This document shows, piece by piece, positions 37,481 to 50,420 of a stretch of 64,000 nt of DNA (the first letter of the stretch is position 1; each line of letters opens with the position of its first letter). The notes below the pieces were generated by a model. That model saw only the letters and a program-made list of their open reading frames with translations. It was not told where the DNA came from and ran no database searches. Both the position numbers and the translations under genes were made by a program. Source of the stretch: Lama glama (Eukaryota); contig CM052818.1 in NCBI GenBank assembly GCA_028534125.1, forward strand, positions 37,388,001-37,452,000, written 5' to 3'.

Positions 37481-39469
37481 CCCTTCACCTGGGCTTCTTT
37501 TCTTTTCAAATTACCGTCCTATATCTTCCCGAGTCTTTCATGGCTACTGCACAGTATTTCATCAGAGAATTTGGGTCCTTCCGAATCCTGGTATTTATGT
37601 GGGCGCAGACAGTCCAGGCGTCCTGGCAGCAGTGAGTGAAGACTGACCCAGGGGCTCCTGCTGCTCGCTGCTCCCCAGACACAGGACATCACTGCACTGA
37701 GAGCGCAGAGTCCCGTGCTCAGTTCAGCCCACTCCACTTGGGCTTCACTCTTCCCTGTACTTAACAAGGTCACCACCGCCTGCATCTTACCAAATCCAGT
37801 GTCCAGGTCTCCACTGTCCTCCCATTTCAACCCTGTGTCCTCAGTCATTGTGAACGGCCAAGCTGTAGGGAAGATGGGGCAGTTTCTTTTTGACATCTTC
37901 CCCCTTCCCGCTGTATGTCCCTCTCGGGTTCATTTTAAACCGTTTAGCGGCAGCTGTCTCTCCTCTTTCTTCCTCCCATTGCTCGTGCTTTTAGTCACTG
38001 AGGAAAGACTCCAGTAGACCTGTCCGTACTGATTTTGTGCACTGACCTTTCCAGGGGCACTAGGAATTTAAAAGAAAAGTCCATAGATACAGTCCATACA
38101 CAAGGGGAAGAATTCATAACGTTAAAATTTCAGGCTCTGAATTAGACGGCCGGAGAACTTCCTGAGCAATGGCGGCTCTCCCGTTTCCGTTAAAGCAGAC
38201 CCTGTGGACCAGCAGGAGGCTACAAAAATCCAGCCTCCTTGAAACCCCTATCAGCCTGGCTGGAGATTTATCTCTACTTTTTTACCTGTTCAGATTGAAT
38301 AAGACAGGAAATTCAAGGGACTGAGGGATAAGCCAGAAAACGACACGCATAAGGGGCAATAAGGGAAGAATGGGAGCCATTGCTTGTTCCCGCATCCCAG
38401 TATCTCTTTCTGGCCTTCCATTATTGGTCTCATCTCCTAAATGTCAAGTTCTTTTTGAAAAGTCTTACACATGGATCAATAAACAGTGTGCTGCCAGTTA
38501 ATTCTTATTAATCTAAGAAAATAACATGAATAATTAGAGATTTTGAAGGGAGGAAACCCTTAGCATGGGATTAAATATTATCCAAGAAGGGAAGCATGTA
38601 CAACCGAATTTATTCACAAAGTTAACTGGTAGACTCAAAGTGTTTTTACAATATCATATACTGTATATTAAAACACAAGAATTAATCCAACTTGCATAAT
38701 GATGAGGAAGGTATGTGTATGCATGTGTGTGTCTCTGCATGATGCAGTGTTTTGGGGTCATTTATACTAACAGTCACCATGGGCAGCCCCAGGTTTTATT
38801 ATAGAAGATGTACAACTCACAGACTCAAATCAGTGGCTGGAATTGTCAAAGCACACTAAAGATCCATTGTGATATGGTTACAACAAACATTTTAGATTCT
38901 GGCACCTTCTGAAAAGAAAATTATGGTGACATGGTGCTACTGCCAATTATCTGAATATGACTGACGGTCCAAGCAACCAAGCAGAAAGTCAAGCTCATGA
39001 ACTCCCTGAGACTGCCGGTTTATTACCTCCAGGGGGTTGAGTTCCCAATCAGATTTTCTTGTTTCCCAGACTCAGCCTGGGCAAAGCTGCATTTTCCTTA
39101 CTCTACATTTGCCATCATCTGGCCACAGGACCTGTTTTACCCTACATACATACAGTGGGGCTTGCTTTCTGACTCGGTAACTAAAAGGAGGCAGAGAACT
39201 ACTGATGTACCATCTCCCCTGGTTGTTGTAAGGAACTGCCTTGTGACTTACCAACCTTTGAGGTCCATCTGTACTGAAGGATGCTAAGTTAGAATCTTCT
39301 GATGTGCCTTTGTCACTTTACACTCAACCCAACACCTTGTTTATTCCACGATCCCAAGTGCTGGAAGGATCACACTTTCTGGAGTTTTACTGGTACTTGC
39401 TGCCTCCCTTTGCTGAGCATCCATCTGGAACCACACATGGAAAGGACTTTACTCTTTGGAGTGTCCTAT

Positions 39470-40245
39470 CAACCCATCAGCAAACCCTGTTAGGTGTGTT
39501 TGCAGAATATATGCACAAGCTGACCTTTAACCATCTCTGGCACCACCTTGTGAGTCCAAGCCGGTATCCTCTCTGCCTTGGCATATTGCAGTAGCCTCTT
39601 AAACCCACAGTCCTCTTAGATGCTCGCTTCCTTGAAATCCATTCGCTGTAAAACAGCCAGAGAAATCTTTCTAAAACTTAAGTCAGAACACATCACTAGC
39701 CTACTAAAGCCTTGTAATGGTTTCCTACCTGACCTGAGAGTAAGCCGTGGCCCTTACTAGCAGCAGAGCTGCCCAGGTTGTCCTGTGTGAGCTGGACAAC
39801 TGCTCTGTAGGCCTTCCTCCCCTTGGTGACCTACCTCCTCCCTGAGCCACATTGCCTCCCTTACGTTTCTCAAACTCACCAAGAACGTTCAAATCTGGGG
39901 ATTAATTTGCACTTTCTGATTCTCCAGGCTGGAGTGACTTCCCTCTGAGTCATCCGCATGGCTGCTTAACTCATTCCCTACAGTTCTGTGTTCAAACGTT
40001 ACCTCCTCAGAAAGGCCTGTGCCAACCAGCTCAGGTGTACACCGTCCCTCCCTTCAGCCTGCTTCATTTCTCTTCCTATAACTTACCCCCGCCCCACACG
40101 TGGCTCAGTTTTTGTTTATTGTCTGTCTCTCTTCACTAGAATTGGACATCATGAGTACAGGATCTTTTTCTGATTTGTTTGCTATCAGATCCACTCTTCT
40201 AGAATGGTCTCTGACACAGCATTCAGCAAGTCAATGGCTGAGTTA
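39470..40245 (+). mobile_element. L2 3' region
   Basis: gcagtagcctctt, acagccagagaaatctttctaaaacttaagtcaga, acctcctcagaaaggcc. Confidence 0.75.
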
Positions 40246-42109
40246 ATATCCATGGTCCTTACTTAGCACACGGATTCCTCATTTTCTTTACAGCTGAGCA
40301 TTTGACCACTTCAGGGCCTCCATCTGCCAAATGGGCAGTGCATCCGGCTTCCCAGCTGGACCTCCATCTTCCCAGGAGTTTAACTTGGATATTTGTGTAA
40401 CTCGCGTTTGTTAATTCTGCTCTTCCAGCTTTTAAAGATGTTCACATGGAAGCAAACTTTCCTTTCTGGGAAGTTTTAGGATCGTGGTAGAGAACTGGGG
40501 AGAAGAAATGACCTCACGTGTCATTACACATAATCGGGGCATTACCTGAGCCACTTATTTCAAAACCTTTCTTTGGAAGTTTAGTGGCCTGGAGGAGGGA
40601 AACAATTTTTCTGTCATCACACAGCAAAGCTGTTTTTGGAGGCAGCACTCAAATCAGCACTTTTTCCTTTTGCTGCCTGTTCTCAGGATCAATTCCTGGG
40701 ACCATCCATCTGTGGTCCCTCTGCGTGGGAGGGCAGGGAAGGTGGCTATCCTGTACCTAGGCGTTGCACTTTTAAGGGACACAGTAGGATGAGATGCAAG
40801 CTCTTTTCTGTGGATTATGCCCTAGAGCCTCTCGTTTCCTCATTCCCTATTTTATCTTGGAAACATTAGTCATTTCTCTTCTGTCTCTGGTTGTTCTTGG
40901 CACCATTTAATTCATTTATGATTTGTCCAAATTACACATAAAATGATAAATTCTGACCACTTAGGTCCTGAAAGTCAACGGAAAAGGGGACCTGAGTCCC
41001 TACTATGAGCTGCATAGCCCTTCTCCTGAATGGCAGACACGGAATTTAAATTAACAGCTGTGTTCATGGCGGCACACATTTCTGTACTGAAACGTTCTCT
41101 CCCTGCCAAAGCCAAATGTTAAATACATTCATTCTCAGCTGAAGTTTTAGAAAGCAAAACTGCATGGTTTGAGAGTGAAAAACCAAAGTATCATTTTAGG
41201 ATATGTCAGGTACAATTCTAAATCTGTGTGCAAGGCTTGGAGACTTGCTAAGTACAGATCCAGGCTGGTATTAAAATTAGCATGCCTGTAGAATACAGAG
41301 GAGCAGGCGAGGCTGGCTTAGCTGTGCCTCGGGGGGCCTCGTAGGGCTCGCTTGCTCACCTGACTTCTGTGTTTACCTGAATATTTGACCAGGCTTTGCC
41401 TGGACCGGGTTACCTACCAGTTCAGCTACTTCTCGGCTTCCCATAAGCCCTGTCCAGAGGACTGCACGAGGCACTCTTCCTAGTTTAGGAGCGCTGACGA
41501 GGTTATTAGAATGTACGCACAAAAATCAGAAGTCACAACCTGTTTTCATAATTCACATTCACACAGAGCCTTGCATGAGACGTCATTCTCTTTTCATATT
41601 TTCTTTAACTTGGTGATCACGTGACTCAGTGAGTTTTTACCCTTTGGCTGAAATTCCTTAAGGAGGTGTCGCAAGACATTTGTTTCAAGACAATAATAAC
41701 TGTCACCCGAGGCCAGCACGCTTCCCCTGGCCCTACCTCACTTGCTGTTTGGCCTGCTCTAACATCCTCACCAACATAATGCTTTTTTTGGGTACAAAAG
41801 TGAAAAAAGACAGCACAAAAAGAAATCGCTTATTAGGGTTTCAAAGGAGTGGGTTTTCTGTGTCTAAGAAATGTTATGAAATCGAAACAGATAAAAGCAG
41901 ACGCAATCAGAAATGAAACATGCTCATGATTAATCAAAGACAAATAATTCCATTATTGAAAAACGACTCCGTGTTGAAGGTTTTTCTCTCTTCCTTCACA
42001 TCAGACTTCTGCAGGACTTTGAACTCGTAATATTGGAAATGGAACTACAGAAAAATGTTCATGCCATAATTTTTTTTTAACAAAGTGGGATATTGTACTT
42101 AAAAGCACA

Positions 42110-42640
42110 AAATAATTGCTCCTTACTGCCCATCAGTTGAAAGCCCAAACTCCTGGGCCCGGACTCTGAAGCCCTCCGTAGCTGGGATTCCCCTACCTCG
42201 TCAGCCTCATCTCCCTAAATCCTTAGCAGGGACCATGTGTTTGTTATCGTCATCACAAACTTCTCCCTCCATCTTAAATACCTTCTTCGCACCTCTCCCT
42301 CTCAGCATCTTGACCGTTAAGAACCTATTGAAGTCCATAAGCTACTGTCAGATATTTCTTAATGCCTGGGTACAGAAATTAATATTAAGTGGAAGTTGAG
42401 TCCCCATCTTCAAGGAACCTTACCTTCCTGCCCAAGCTCAGGTTTGTCACCACCTTCCCTAAGCTGCGGTGTCTCCTGTCCCCTCCCGCAGCCGTCCTGC
42501 CCAGCCCACAGTAGCATTAGAGGCTGTTTTGAAGTGGTGATAGATCATGGACTCCTCAAGAACTCTGAACATCTCTTTTACGTCCCCCAGAGTGCCTAAG
42601 GAAGTGTGACACACAAGGCGTAGTCAGTGTTTCGTAATTT
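42110..42640 (+). mobile_element. L2 fragment
   Basis: aagcccaaactcctgg...gccctcc; actcctcaagaac. Confidence 0.5.
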
Positions 42641-43087
42641 GATATTTTCGGAGAGAAATCTACATTACTTATGGAAAGGGACACAGTCTCACCTGTAGGC
42701 ATGACCAGGTGAGCATCAGGTAATTACTGTTGCCACGAATTTTCTTAATGAAAATGTCAAGTGGCCTGGAGACACTGTACTCCACATTCGGCATCTCTCA
42801 GCTAGTTTTTCCTCACCCACAATTAGCATTTATTCTGGATACTTCTTTAGCATCTGTAAAAAATCCCAATTTTCTTTATATGGAGCGCTCAGAAACACCT
42901 GCAATAAGAGTTACAGCCGTAGGAATCTGCAGTCCCAGTGTGTGAGGTCATCAGGCAAAGCGTTTGCCAGAAAAAAAAAAAAAAAGCAGAACTGATGGAG
43001 TAGTTTAAAATAGATCATTATATACCATCATTATGAAACAGTGCTTTTGTATAATACTTTACAGTATATGATGCACTTCATATTTCT

Positions 43088-43570
43088 TTATTTTCTTCCA
43101 GTTTTATTGAGGTGTAATCGACACACAGCACTACATCAATTTAAGGTATACTGCATAATAAGTTGACTTCCATACATCATGAAATAATTACCACCGTAAG
43201 TTTAGTAAACATCCATCATCTCGTGTAGATACAAAATTAAAGAAATGGAAAAAATACATATTTTTCCTTGTGATGAGAACTCTCAGGATTTACTCTCTTA
43301 ATTTACTCTTCAATTATAACATACAGAAGTGTTCATTATCTTTATCATGTTGTACATTCCATCCCTAGTACTTATTTGTCTTATAACTGGAAGTTTGTAC
43401 CTTTTGACAACCTTCCTCCGAGTCCTCCTCTCCCCACCCCCTGCCTCTGATAACCACAAATCTGATCTCTTTTTCTATCCGTTTGCTTGTTTGTTTTTGA
43501 GGTATAATGGACCTACCAGACTGTGTTAGTTCCTGTTACACAGCACAGTGATGTGATATTTCTATGTGTT
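43088..43570 (-). mobile_element. L1 3' end (L1MA9-like)
   Basis: ccagttttattgaggtgtaat, gtgatgagaactctcaggatttactctc, ataactggaagtttgtaccttttgac. Confidence 0.85.
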
Positions 43571-43619
43571 ACAGGATGATCACCACTGGTACTGTCACAC
43601 TTCTTATTCTGTCCTATTT

Positions 43620-43770
43620 TATTTTATTTCACCTCACTCAGTCCTGATGTCTAGATTATCAGAGATGAGGAAACTGAGGCTGAGAGGTGGTGGTGGTGAC
43701 GACTCATCCCAGAGGGACAGAAAACATCTGTGGCAGAAACTCAATTAAAGTCGCTTGTATTTCTGTCTAA
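43620..43770 (-). mobile_element. MIR SINE
   Basis: agatgaggaaactgaggctgagagg core. Confidence 0.7.
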
Positions 43771-44301
43771 TCCAGCCGCTCTCCTCTCCCGTAATTCCCC
43801 ATACAGATCTTGGAGGGCTTTATTGTAGAGGAGAAAGCAAAGCTGAGAATTCTTCTTTAAACCACTTTCCTCGGGTCGTCCAAATCCACATGAGACCAGT
43901 ATTTGCAGACTCAGTTTTAGTTATGATTCCTTTTACCACATCTCATTGTACCTTGTGAACCAGCAGCAGAGGGACAGGACATGTTTGCTGAGTAAGAAAA
44001 TGAGAGAGTGTGTAAGCTAAGTACTGAGACAGGGAAACACAAGTGGGTCCATAAGTTTCTGGCTGGTAAATTTCCCTTCTTCAAGACTTTGTTTCAAAAA
44101 CTTGGAGGAAAACGCCTCCGTCTCTCCCATCGCATAGATACTGCCGCTCTGTTCTTTGGTGAGGTGTTAGTCTGGGGCGACACGAATTCTGTTGCAAGGC
44201 GTTCACTCTTTAGAGCCATAGTGAGCCTCTGTTGGAGACTACTGTTTTAACATAGTTCAAAATCTGAAAAATGTTTCTGTCAAATGTCAGTCATCTCTTA
44301 T

Positions 44302-44745
44302 TGGGGGGTAGATTGTTACTTTGATGATTCCAGTGAACCATGTCTTCCAAGATCCATCCCTCATGTGGCTCCTTTATCTTGAATCTGGGACATGATCTGC
44401 TTTGATGATTAAATTGTGGCAAAAATTATGGGATGCCTGTTTCACACCTAAACCTTCAGACTCGGATACTTTCCCCTTTGTGCTCTGAGGGAATCCAGCC
44501 TCCACATAAGACATTCAACTACCCTGAGACCACCAGGCCGTGAGCAGCCTTCACGTGAGTGTGAGGTTGCCTAAGACGCGGAGTCTTGATGCTTAGTCAA
44601 GACACTCCAACTGATGCCCCATGAAATGGAGCTGGGCCGCCCTTGCTGAGCTCTGCCCAAACTGTAGAGTTGTAGCAAATGAATAAAATTGTTGTTGCTA
44701 AGATTTCCTAAGTAATCTATAAGCAAAACAACAAATAACTGGAAA
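44302..44745 (+). mobile_element. MaLR LTR (MLT1H-like)
   Basis: ctaccctgagaccacca and gctgagctctgcccaaactgtagag...aataaaattgttgttg. Confidence 0.7.
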
Positions 44746-45949
44746 ATCAAGAGCCATCAAGGGAAGCAGAACAGATAACGCTGCTTTGGGAAAAAAAATA
44801 CGAATTAAAGAGAAAAAAGTAGTTGTTATTCCCTGTCCTGGAGTCCTGGCCTATCCCACCTGTCTGCCTCCGTTAGCCTCTCTACGTTTTCTCCTTCGTC
44901 CCTACCCGCCCCCCACCCCAACCCCCAGCTTGCTTGCCCCACTTCCCGCTTTCCTTGATGACGTCTTCACCTCTGCTCACATAGAATAAGATATATGTTA
45001 TTACAACACAGGAAAATAATACAAAATACCAAAATACAAGCAAGCAAAAACTAGCGTCAAGCTTTTATCTACAAATGGGCAACAGGAACAATTTCCAATT
45101 AATTCCACTAATTGTTGCCAGCATTTAAGAATAAGATTCGTTTCTGTTTTATTGACTGTTTTTGTCATCCTGCTAATTAGTCTTATCTGAAGCCACCATA
45201 TTTTAAATGAAACCCATTTGATCTGTATTTACTATCTACACCAGCAGTAGTTCTGGTCCTTCAGCTCATATTCTTGAAAGGATTTTAAAGTCTGTATTAA
45301 TTAATGAAGTTGGCACCCAGAGCTACAAATCATGGCAGTTTTTACTTTTTACTGCCACAGTCTGTTTTGCTTTGTAATGTTTTTCTTTAGCTAGGAAGCA
45401 AACTTTCTGGCTTCCCGGAATCAGTTTCAGTTTTTCCCATAAAAATTCATTACCATGAACTCCAACCAGTGGCTTGCAGTTTCACAGATTTATAGTTAAA
45501 ATGTGCAAGAAAACATTCCAGCTCACATCAACCTAATGTTTACTATTCTGGTTGTTACAAACTGTTTATTAATCAATATTTTAATGTGTTTTTCATAATA
45601 GGAATGGTCCTGGTAATTACTCATTTATTTTCGTTCTGTAGTAAGATGTTTTCTATCTTTCCCCAAATTTCAAAAATCAATTAATAGTAGATTTAAGCAT
45701 TTATAACAATGTAAACATGCCTAAGAGACGATGATCTAAACATTCTCTTGTATATTATTATGCGTGTCATATAATAAAAATTATAAATAATAATTATTAT
45801 ATAAACTGTATATCATAATATATAAATAATGCAATGTTAAAAATAATAAAAACAATCAATCCTATATACATTTATTTCTCAGATTAAGAAATCACTCTGG
45901 TGCCATAAGAAGGGGGCCTCAGTTGAAATAAAAGAATTGTTTTTATGTT

Positions 45950-46130
45950 TTCCACTTAACAGTTACATCTCTGAATGTCCTTCAGCCTCAGTTTCTTGTC
46001 TATAAAATGCAGATGATAATCCCCTACTCCGTGGAGTTCTTCTGACTATCATATGAGACCACAGGTGTGAAATTGCTCAGCACAGACATCTTGGGCAGAA
46101 AAGTCCCTCAGAAAATGTTTGTTGTCTAAC
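45950..46130 (+). mobile_element. MIR SINE
   Basis: gcctcagtttcttgtctataaaatgcagatgataat. Confidence 0.7.
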
Positions 46131-46297
46131 TCTGAATGGTTTTGAATACCAGTATTTATTGAGTCAATAAGGAGGATGCTACCTAGTAAATATCTGTGTT
46201 ACTGCAAACACTTGACTGTTCCATCGGCTCCTGGACAATCGTGTTGCACTCTCCCGCTGTGTGTCAGCTAGATGATAAAACAATCTCTCCTTTGCAG

Positions 46298-46342
46298 ATG
46301 CATGAGCGTGCAGGTGCCGGTCATATGGACACACTGAGAGAG
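46298..46342 (+). other. Candidate 45-nt frame-preserving exon (MHERAGAGHMDTLRE)
   Basis: tctctcctttgcag acceptor, GAG|gtaaga donor, open only in phase 0. Confidence 0.25.
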
Positions 46343-46439
46343 GTAAGAGTGTACAGGAGAGTGTTCACACCCAGTGTAGCTCCCTGATGTGCTGAGTTAC
46401 CCAGAGGATGGATACAATAACTCACGTCCAATTTGAGAA

Positions 46440-46674
46440 AACGTGGGTGATTGTTACTCGTGCCAGGCACTGGAAATACAAAGCTGACTCAGACACAGAA
46501 CTTTCTTCCAGAAGATCTCAGAACCTATTTACACAGACAAATACACACCCAACTGACCACGAAATATGTCACAATGAAATAAGGGTTAAATGCAAGGAAA
46601 GAAGAGTCTATGGATCACAGAAATTAGTAGCTGATCCTCAGGAGATCTGGAGAGACTTCAAGGAAGAGGTAAAC
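46440..46674 (-). mobile_element. L2 fragment
   Basis: gtgccaggcactgg...agacttcaaggaagaggt. Confidence 0.6.
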
Positions 46675-46806
46675 AAATTTTTTTAAAGATTGAAGAGTTT
46701 ATTGTGTTTATTAAGAGCTTTTTTTTTTTCTTTTCCTTTTCTAATGGAGGTGCTGGGAATTGAACCCAGGATCTCCTGCATGCTGAGCATGAACTCTACC
46801 ACTGAG
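46675..46806 (-). mobile_element. tRNA-derived SINE (camelid Vic-1-like), 5'-truncated, with TSD
   Basis: Minus strand reads CTCAGTGGTAGAG (A box remnant)...GGTTCAATTCC (B box)...A-rich tail; direct repeat gaggtaaac at 46666-46674 and 46807-46815. Confidence 0.85.
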
Positions 46807-46889
46807 GAGGTAAACTATTAGCAGAGACTTCGAAGGTGACATAATTCAGACATTACCTCTCTCGGGACTGAGCCTAGTCCAAGTACTGC

Positions 46890-47310
46890 TGTGCTGGGTT
46901 AGATTGTCCTCCAGACCTACACCCCGCCCTTCTGTGGTCTGTTCTGTTTTGAGGGTTTCTGACCGGGAGAGACTGTATCAACTGGCTCCTTTGCCCTCCA
47001 GCTGCAGGTTGGCTTGGACCATGGTGGTTGTGGGTGGGAGGAGGATCAGCAGAGACAAGGTGGAGGGTGAAGAGTGAGGTCAGGAGTGTTATCCTCCTGA
47101 TTCCCTCCCAGGGACTTGCAGGGGGCAGGCTGCACCCTCAGATTTAGTCTCAGGTCTTCCGGACTCCAGTGATTTCTTCCTCCCACGTGTCTTTAGTCTG
47201 GGACACACACTTGCGTTATCCCTTGTCATTTCTCAACAGCCTGCATGTACCTTTATAGATAAACTTTTTCTTATTGAATTTGACTTAGATTATCCTACTA
47301 TATGTTGCAT
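46890..47310. mobile_element. ERVL LTR (LTR33-like)
   Basis: gactgtatcaactggctcctttgccctcc...gagtgaggtcaggagtgtt...ttccctccc matches recalled LTR33 text. Confidence 0.7.
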
Positions 47311-49235
47311 GTTATATAGACATAAATATATATATGTATATTTTTTAAACTAGTCTCTCCCACTAAAATGTGAGTGCCTCAAGAGTAGAAATCCCTTTTC
47401 CGTCTTCATGTAACTGTGGCTCCCATAGTTCTCATAATGCAGCTTAATACACTGATCATATATAATGGAATGATTTAGTGTTTTACTCAGTAAGAATCCT
47501 AGTTTTCCTTGTGCACTGGATTAATAGAAAACTATCTTGGACTTCATACGTGCAAGTTCAAATCAGAAGATGATTCTTTTAGAGGAAAACTATGTTCTCG
47601 GTTAAATTAGCCCGCTCAGTGTTCCCCACGTCTTCGTTAGTCTGACAGTGCAAATGTTTTGATGTGGAGGAGGGTGTTTATTCTTTGGGCTATTAGGTAT
47701 CGGATCCCTCCATTTTCTTTCATAGTCCTTCTTCCTCTAACTGAAGTTATCATGCTATATTTTTTTCCACTAGGATTCAAATGACAGATATATGTCATTC
47801 ATATGCAAATGTCCTTCATGGTCTGTAGCACAGATGAGTGAGTGTGGGTTTTGCAAAATTTTCACATTTTCTCTTGTTCAATAAATCGTGTCGTCATTAA
47901 ACTGAAAGAGAGTGACATCAGGGGATTGAACCGGTCTCATCCCTGTTCTAATTCACTTTACAAGGAAAATCAAAGACAATTTAGTATGGTAGCTAGAGTT
48001 TGTTTGTTTTGTGAAAACTACTTGGGGATGTGATGTGATTGTGCAAAGGGTAAGCCCTTCCCAGTCCCTTGGAGACTGGCTTCCCTGCTTAACTTTACCC
48101 ATCTTTAAGGTCAGGAAAAGGCAGGAAGTGACCAGCCATTTCTGTTTCTTTGTAGAAGATATTGCTAAGCAGGATTGAGAAAGAAGTTACAAAGTCTCTC
48201 CCTTTTCTTAATTTTACATTCTTTGCTGTCTTTCATTGCCTTTCTAAGGAAAGGGAAGTTGAGGGAAGAGACCAAACCCTTTGGATATTTTGGGTGGAAA
48301 ACTTTCATCTATTCAAAGAACTGATAGTCGTTGTTTGTAGGACCTCCTTGGATTCCGTATTTCCAGATTTCCCTAGAAAAGTTGCCACTGTGATTCCTCG
48401 TTATCTGTCTCTACCTCTGTGTTGGATTTTAAGAGATCCAAGTGACTTGGTTTCTAAGCCCAGCATCGTTTATAGTAAGACCACAGGTTGAAAATGCCAT
48501 CAGTTTCTTGTCGCCTTGTTTTCAGGAACAAACTAGTTTGATGTTATTTCTTCTTCGATTTTTCCAGAACGTCACATTCAATTCTCGACTATCCAGTTTT
48601 TGAAGAAAGATAAGACTTTAGTTTTGATTGAATTTTTGTTGAGATCAGTTATTTCCAAGTCCAGTTTATTAAAGGACTAACGTGGCGTCAGTTCTGAATT
48701 CTCTGAGGTCATACTCAAGTTCATCTTTGAATTAAAGAAGGTTTTTTTTGTGGAAGTGTGAAGCTTGTGTTATCGTTTTTTTTTTATTCCTATGCAAGGG
48801 GAGAGAGATAAGTAAAAGGTAAAATGGGAAGATTATTCTTCCTCTATTGTTGTATTTAATGCCTTTCCCTTAAATTTGCACAGATGTTGCAGCAAATCTA
48901 TTAAAATATATACATGTTAAGCTTACTGTTTTGTTTGTTTCAGTGTTTTTGTTATTTACATGTTACTGACTTCTGCAGTTCATTTAGAATAAATGTTTGG
49001 AATATGAGATTCTTAGAAGGAATTTTTTTTTCTGTTTATGTTAGGACTTGAAAGATGAGTCAAGAAGAAAGTGTGGTACCAAACAAAGAGGATGCGTGGC
49101 TCCTCACCTTTGGAGGTTCATAGTGCTATGGATGATAATTCAGTATACTTTGCTTTATTGTAGAGCATTCCATGTGGACAGATGATGGAAAGAAAGGGGC
49201 TACATATGCCTCACTTGTACCAGAGATCAGTTAGC

Positions 49236-49373
49236 TATCACACACCTGTGTTGATGACACAGCTTGGTAGGTGGCACACCTGGGAAGATGGAACACCTGT
49301 TTTAATGGCGAACCTATGAATATGGCACACACGCATGTGGATGGCACAAGAGGATGGGTGGTACACACTTGTA
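49236..49373. repeat. Degenerate 17-bp minisatellite, about 8 units
   Basis: Consecutive units gatgacacagcttggta, ggtggcacacctgggaa, gatggaacacctgtttt, aatggcgaacctatgaa and others. Confidence 0.7.
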
Positions 49374-49849
49374 CATGTAGGATTTGGGGAAACATCCACG
49401 CTGAAAGCAGTTCTGTGTGGATGACACGTGAGGGGGTCCTGACATCAGAGCTCGGGTTGGGCAGTTGGTCCATGCTTTCCTAAAATGTACCATATGCACG
49501 TTTCCTAAAATGTATACCATTTAGAAAACTCTCGAGCTGTGGACATTCCCTTTGCTGTCACCTCCCCGACATCTGACAATTGTCAGGATCTTAGGGTGAG
49601 AAGTGCTGATCAAAATCACATGCAAAAAATGGAAAGATTCCAACAGACCTATCTTAATGTCAAATTTCTGCTCAGAAATGTTTAATATTTTCTGTTTGGT
49701 TCGTTGCGGGAGGTCTAACATGTTTAACATCGAAGTCAGGGTCTACCACAGCCTGGCTTTATCACCCAGCTCCGACTCTATCTCCAGCATCCCCAGGAGC
49801 ACCAAGCAGTTCTGGCCGATGTAGTTTTTACTGTCATCAGGCCCCCTGT

Positions 49850-50420
49850 CCTCGTCTTTGACTCGCTTTGTCTTCTTTCTCAGGCCGCTCTCCTTACTAG
49901 GAGTTTTGATTTTCCTTTCTCTCCACTATCTTGTCATCCTTCTATTCCAGCTAGGAACTCTCTCATCTAAGGAGATGTCACTCGACATCTCAAGGTCAGT
50001 GTTTTTTTTTTTATTTGTTTGTTTTTGTTTTTTTTTCACCTCCATAAGCTTCTACAGAGCATATTTTTGATGTGGAATTTTTCTGTCCAAACAACTCATT
50101 GTTTCATGGGTGCGATTCTCTTCTCTCCCACCAGACAATGGCGGCTCCTTCTTCTGTCTGCCTCTGTGGTTGACTCTGTTGGTTGTAGAGACAATGACTC
50201 CTGTTTTCAAGGAATGAATGCCTATAACTGGCTGGGCTTCTCTTGTGCCTCCGTCCCAAGGTCCTCCTGGCAGGACTTCAGTTTTCCCAAACTCTGGTGT
50301 GTTTAGTCTGTCAGTTTCCTAAAAGCCAGGTCTGTTTTTTTGTTTGTTTGTTTGTTTTTCCTTCCTCTTCAGTTTCTCAAACTGTGAATTCTCTGTAGTG
50401 CAGTCTGGACCTTTGGCTCC
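49850..50420 (-). mobile_element. HAL1/old L1-like fragment
   Basis: ttgtttcatgggtgcgattctcttctc motif in T-rich text. Confidence 0.4.

Noticed and set aside
46741..46806. tRNA-like sequence
   Set aside because: Truncated, tailed and TSD-flanked, so a SINE rather than a tRNA gene.
49236..49373. CRISPR-like periodicity
   Set aside because: Eukaryotic DNA, no unique spacers and no cas genes; it is a degenerate tandem repeat.
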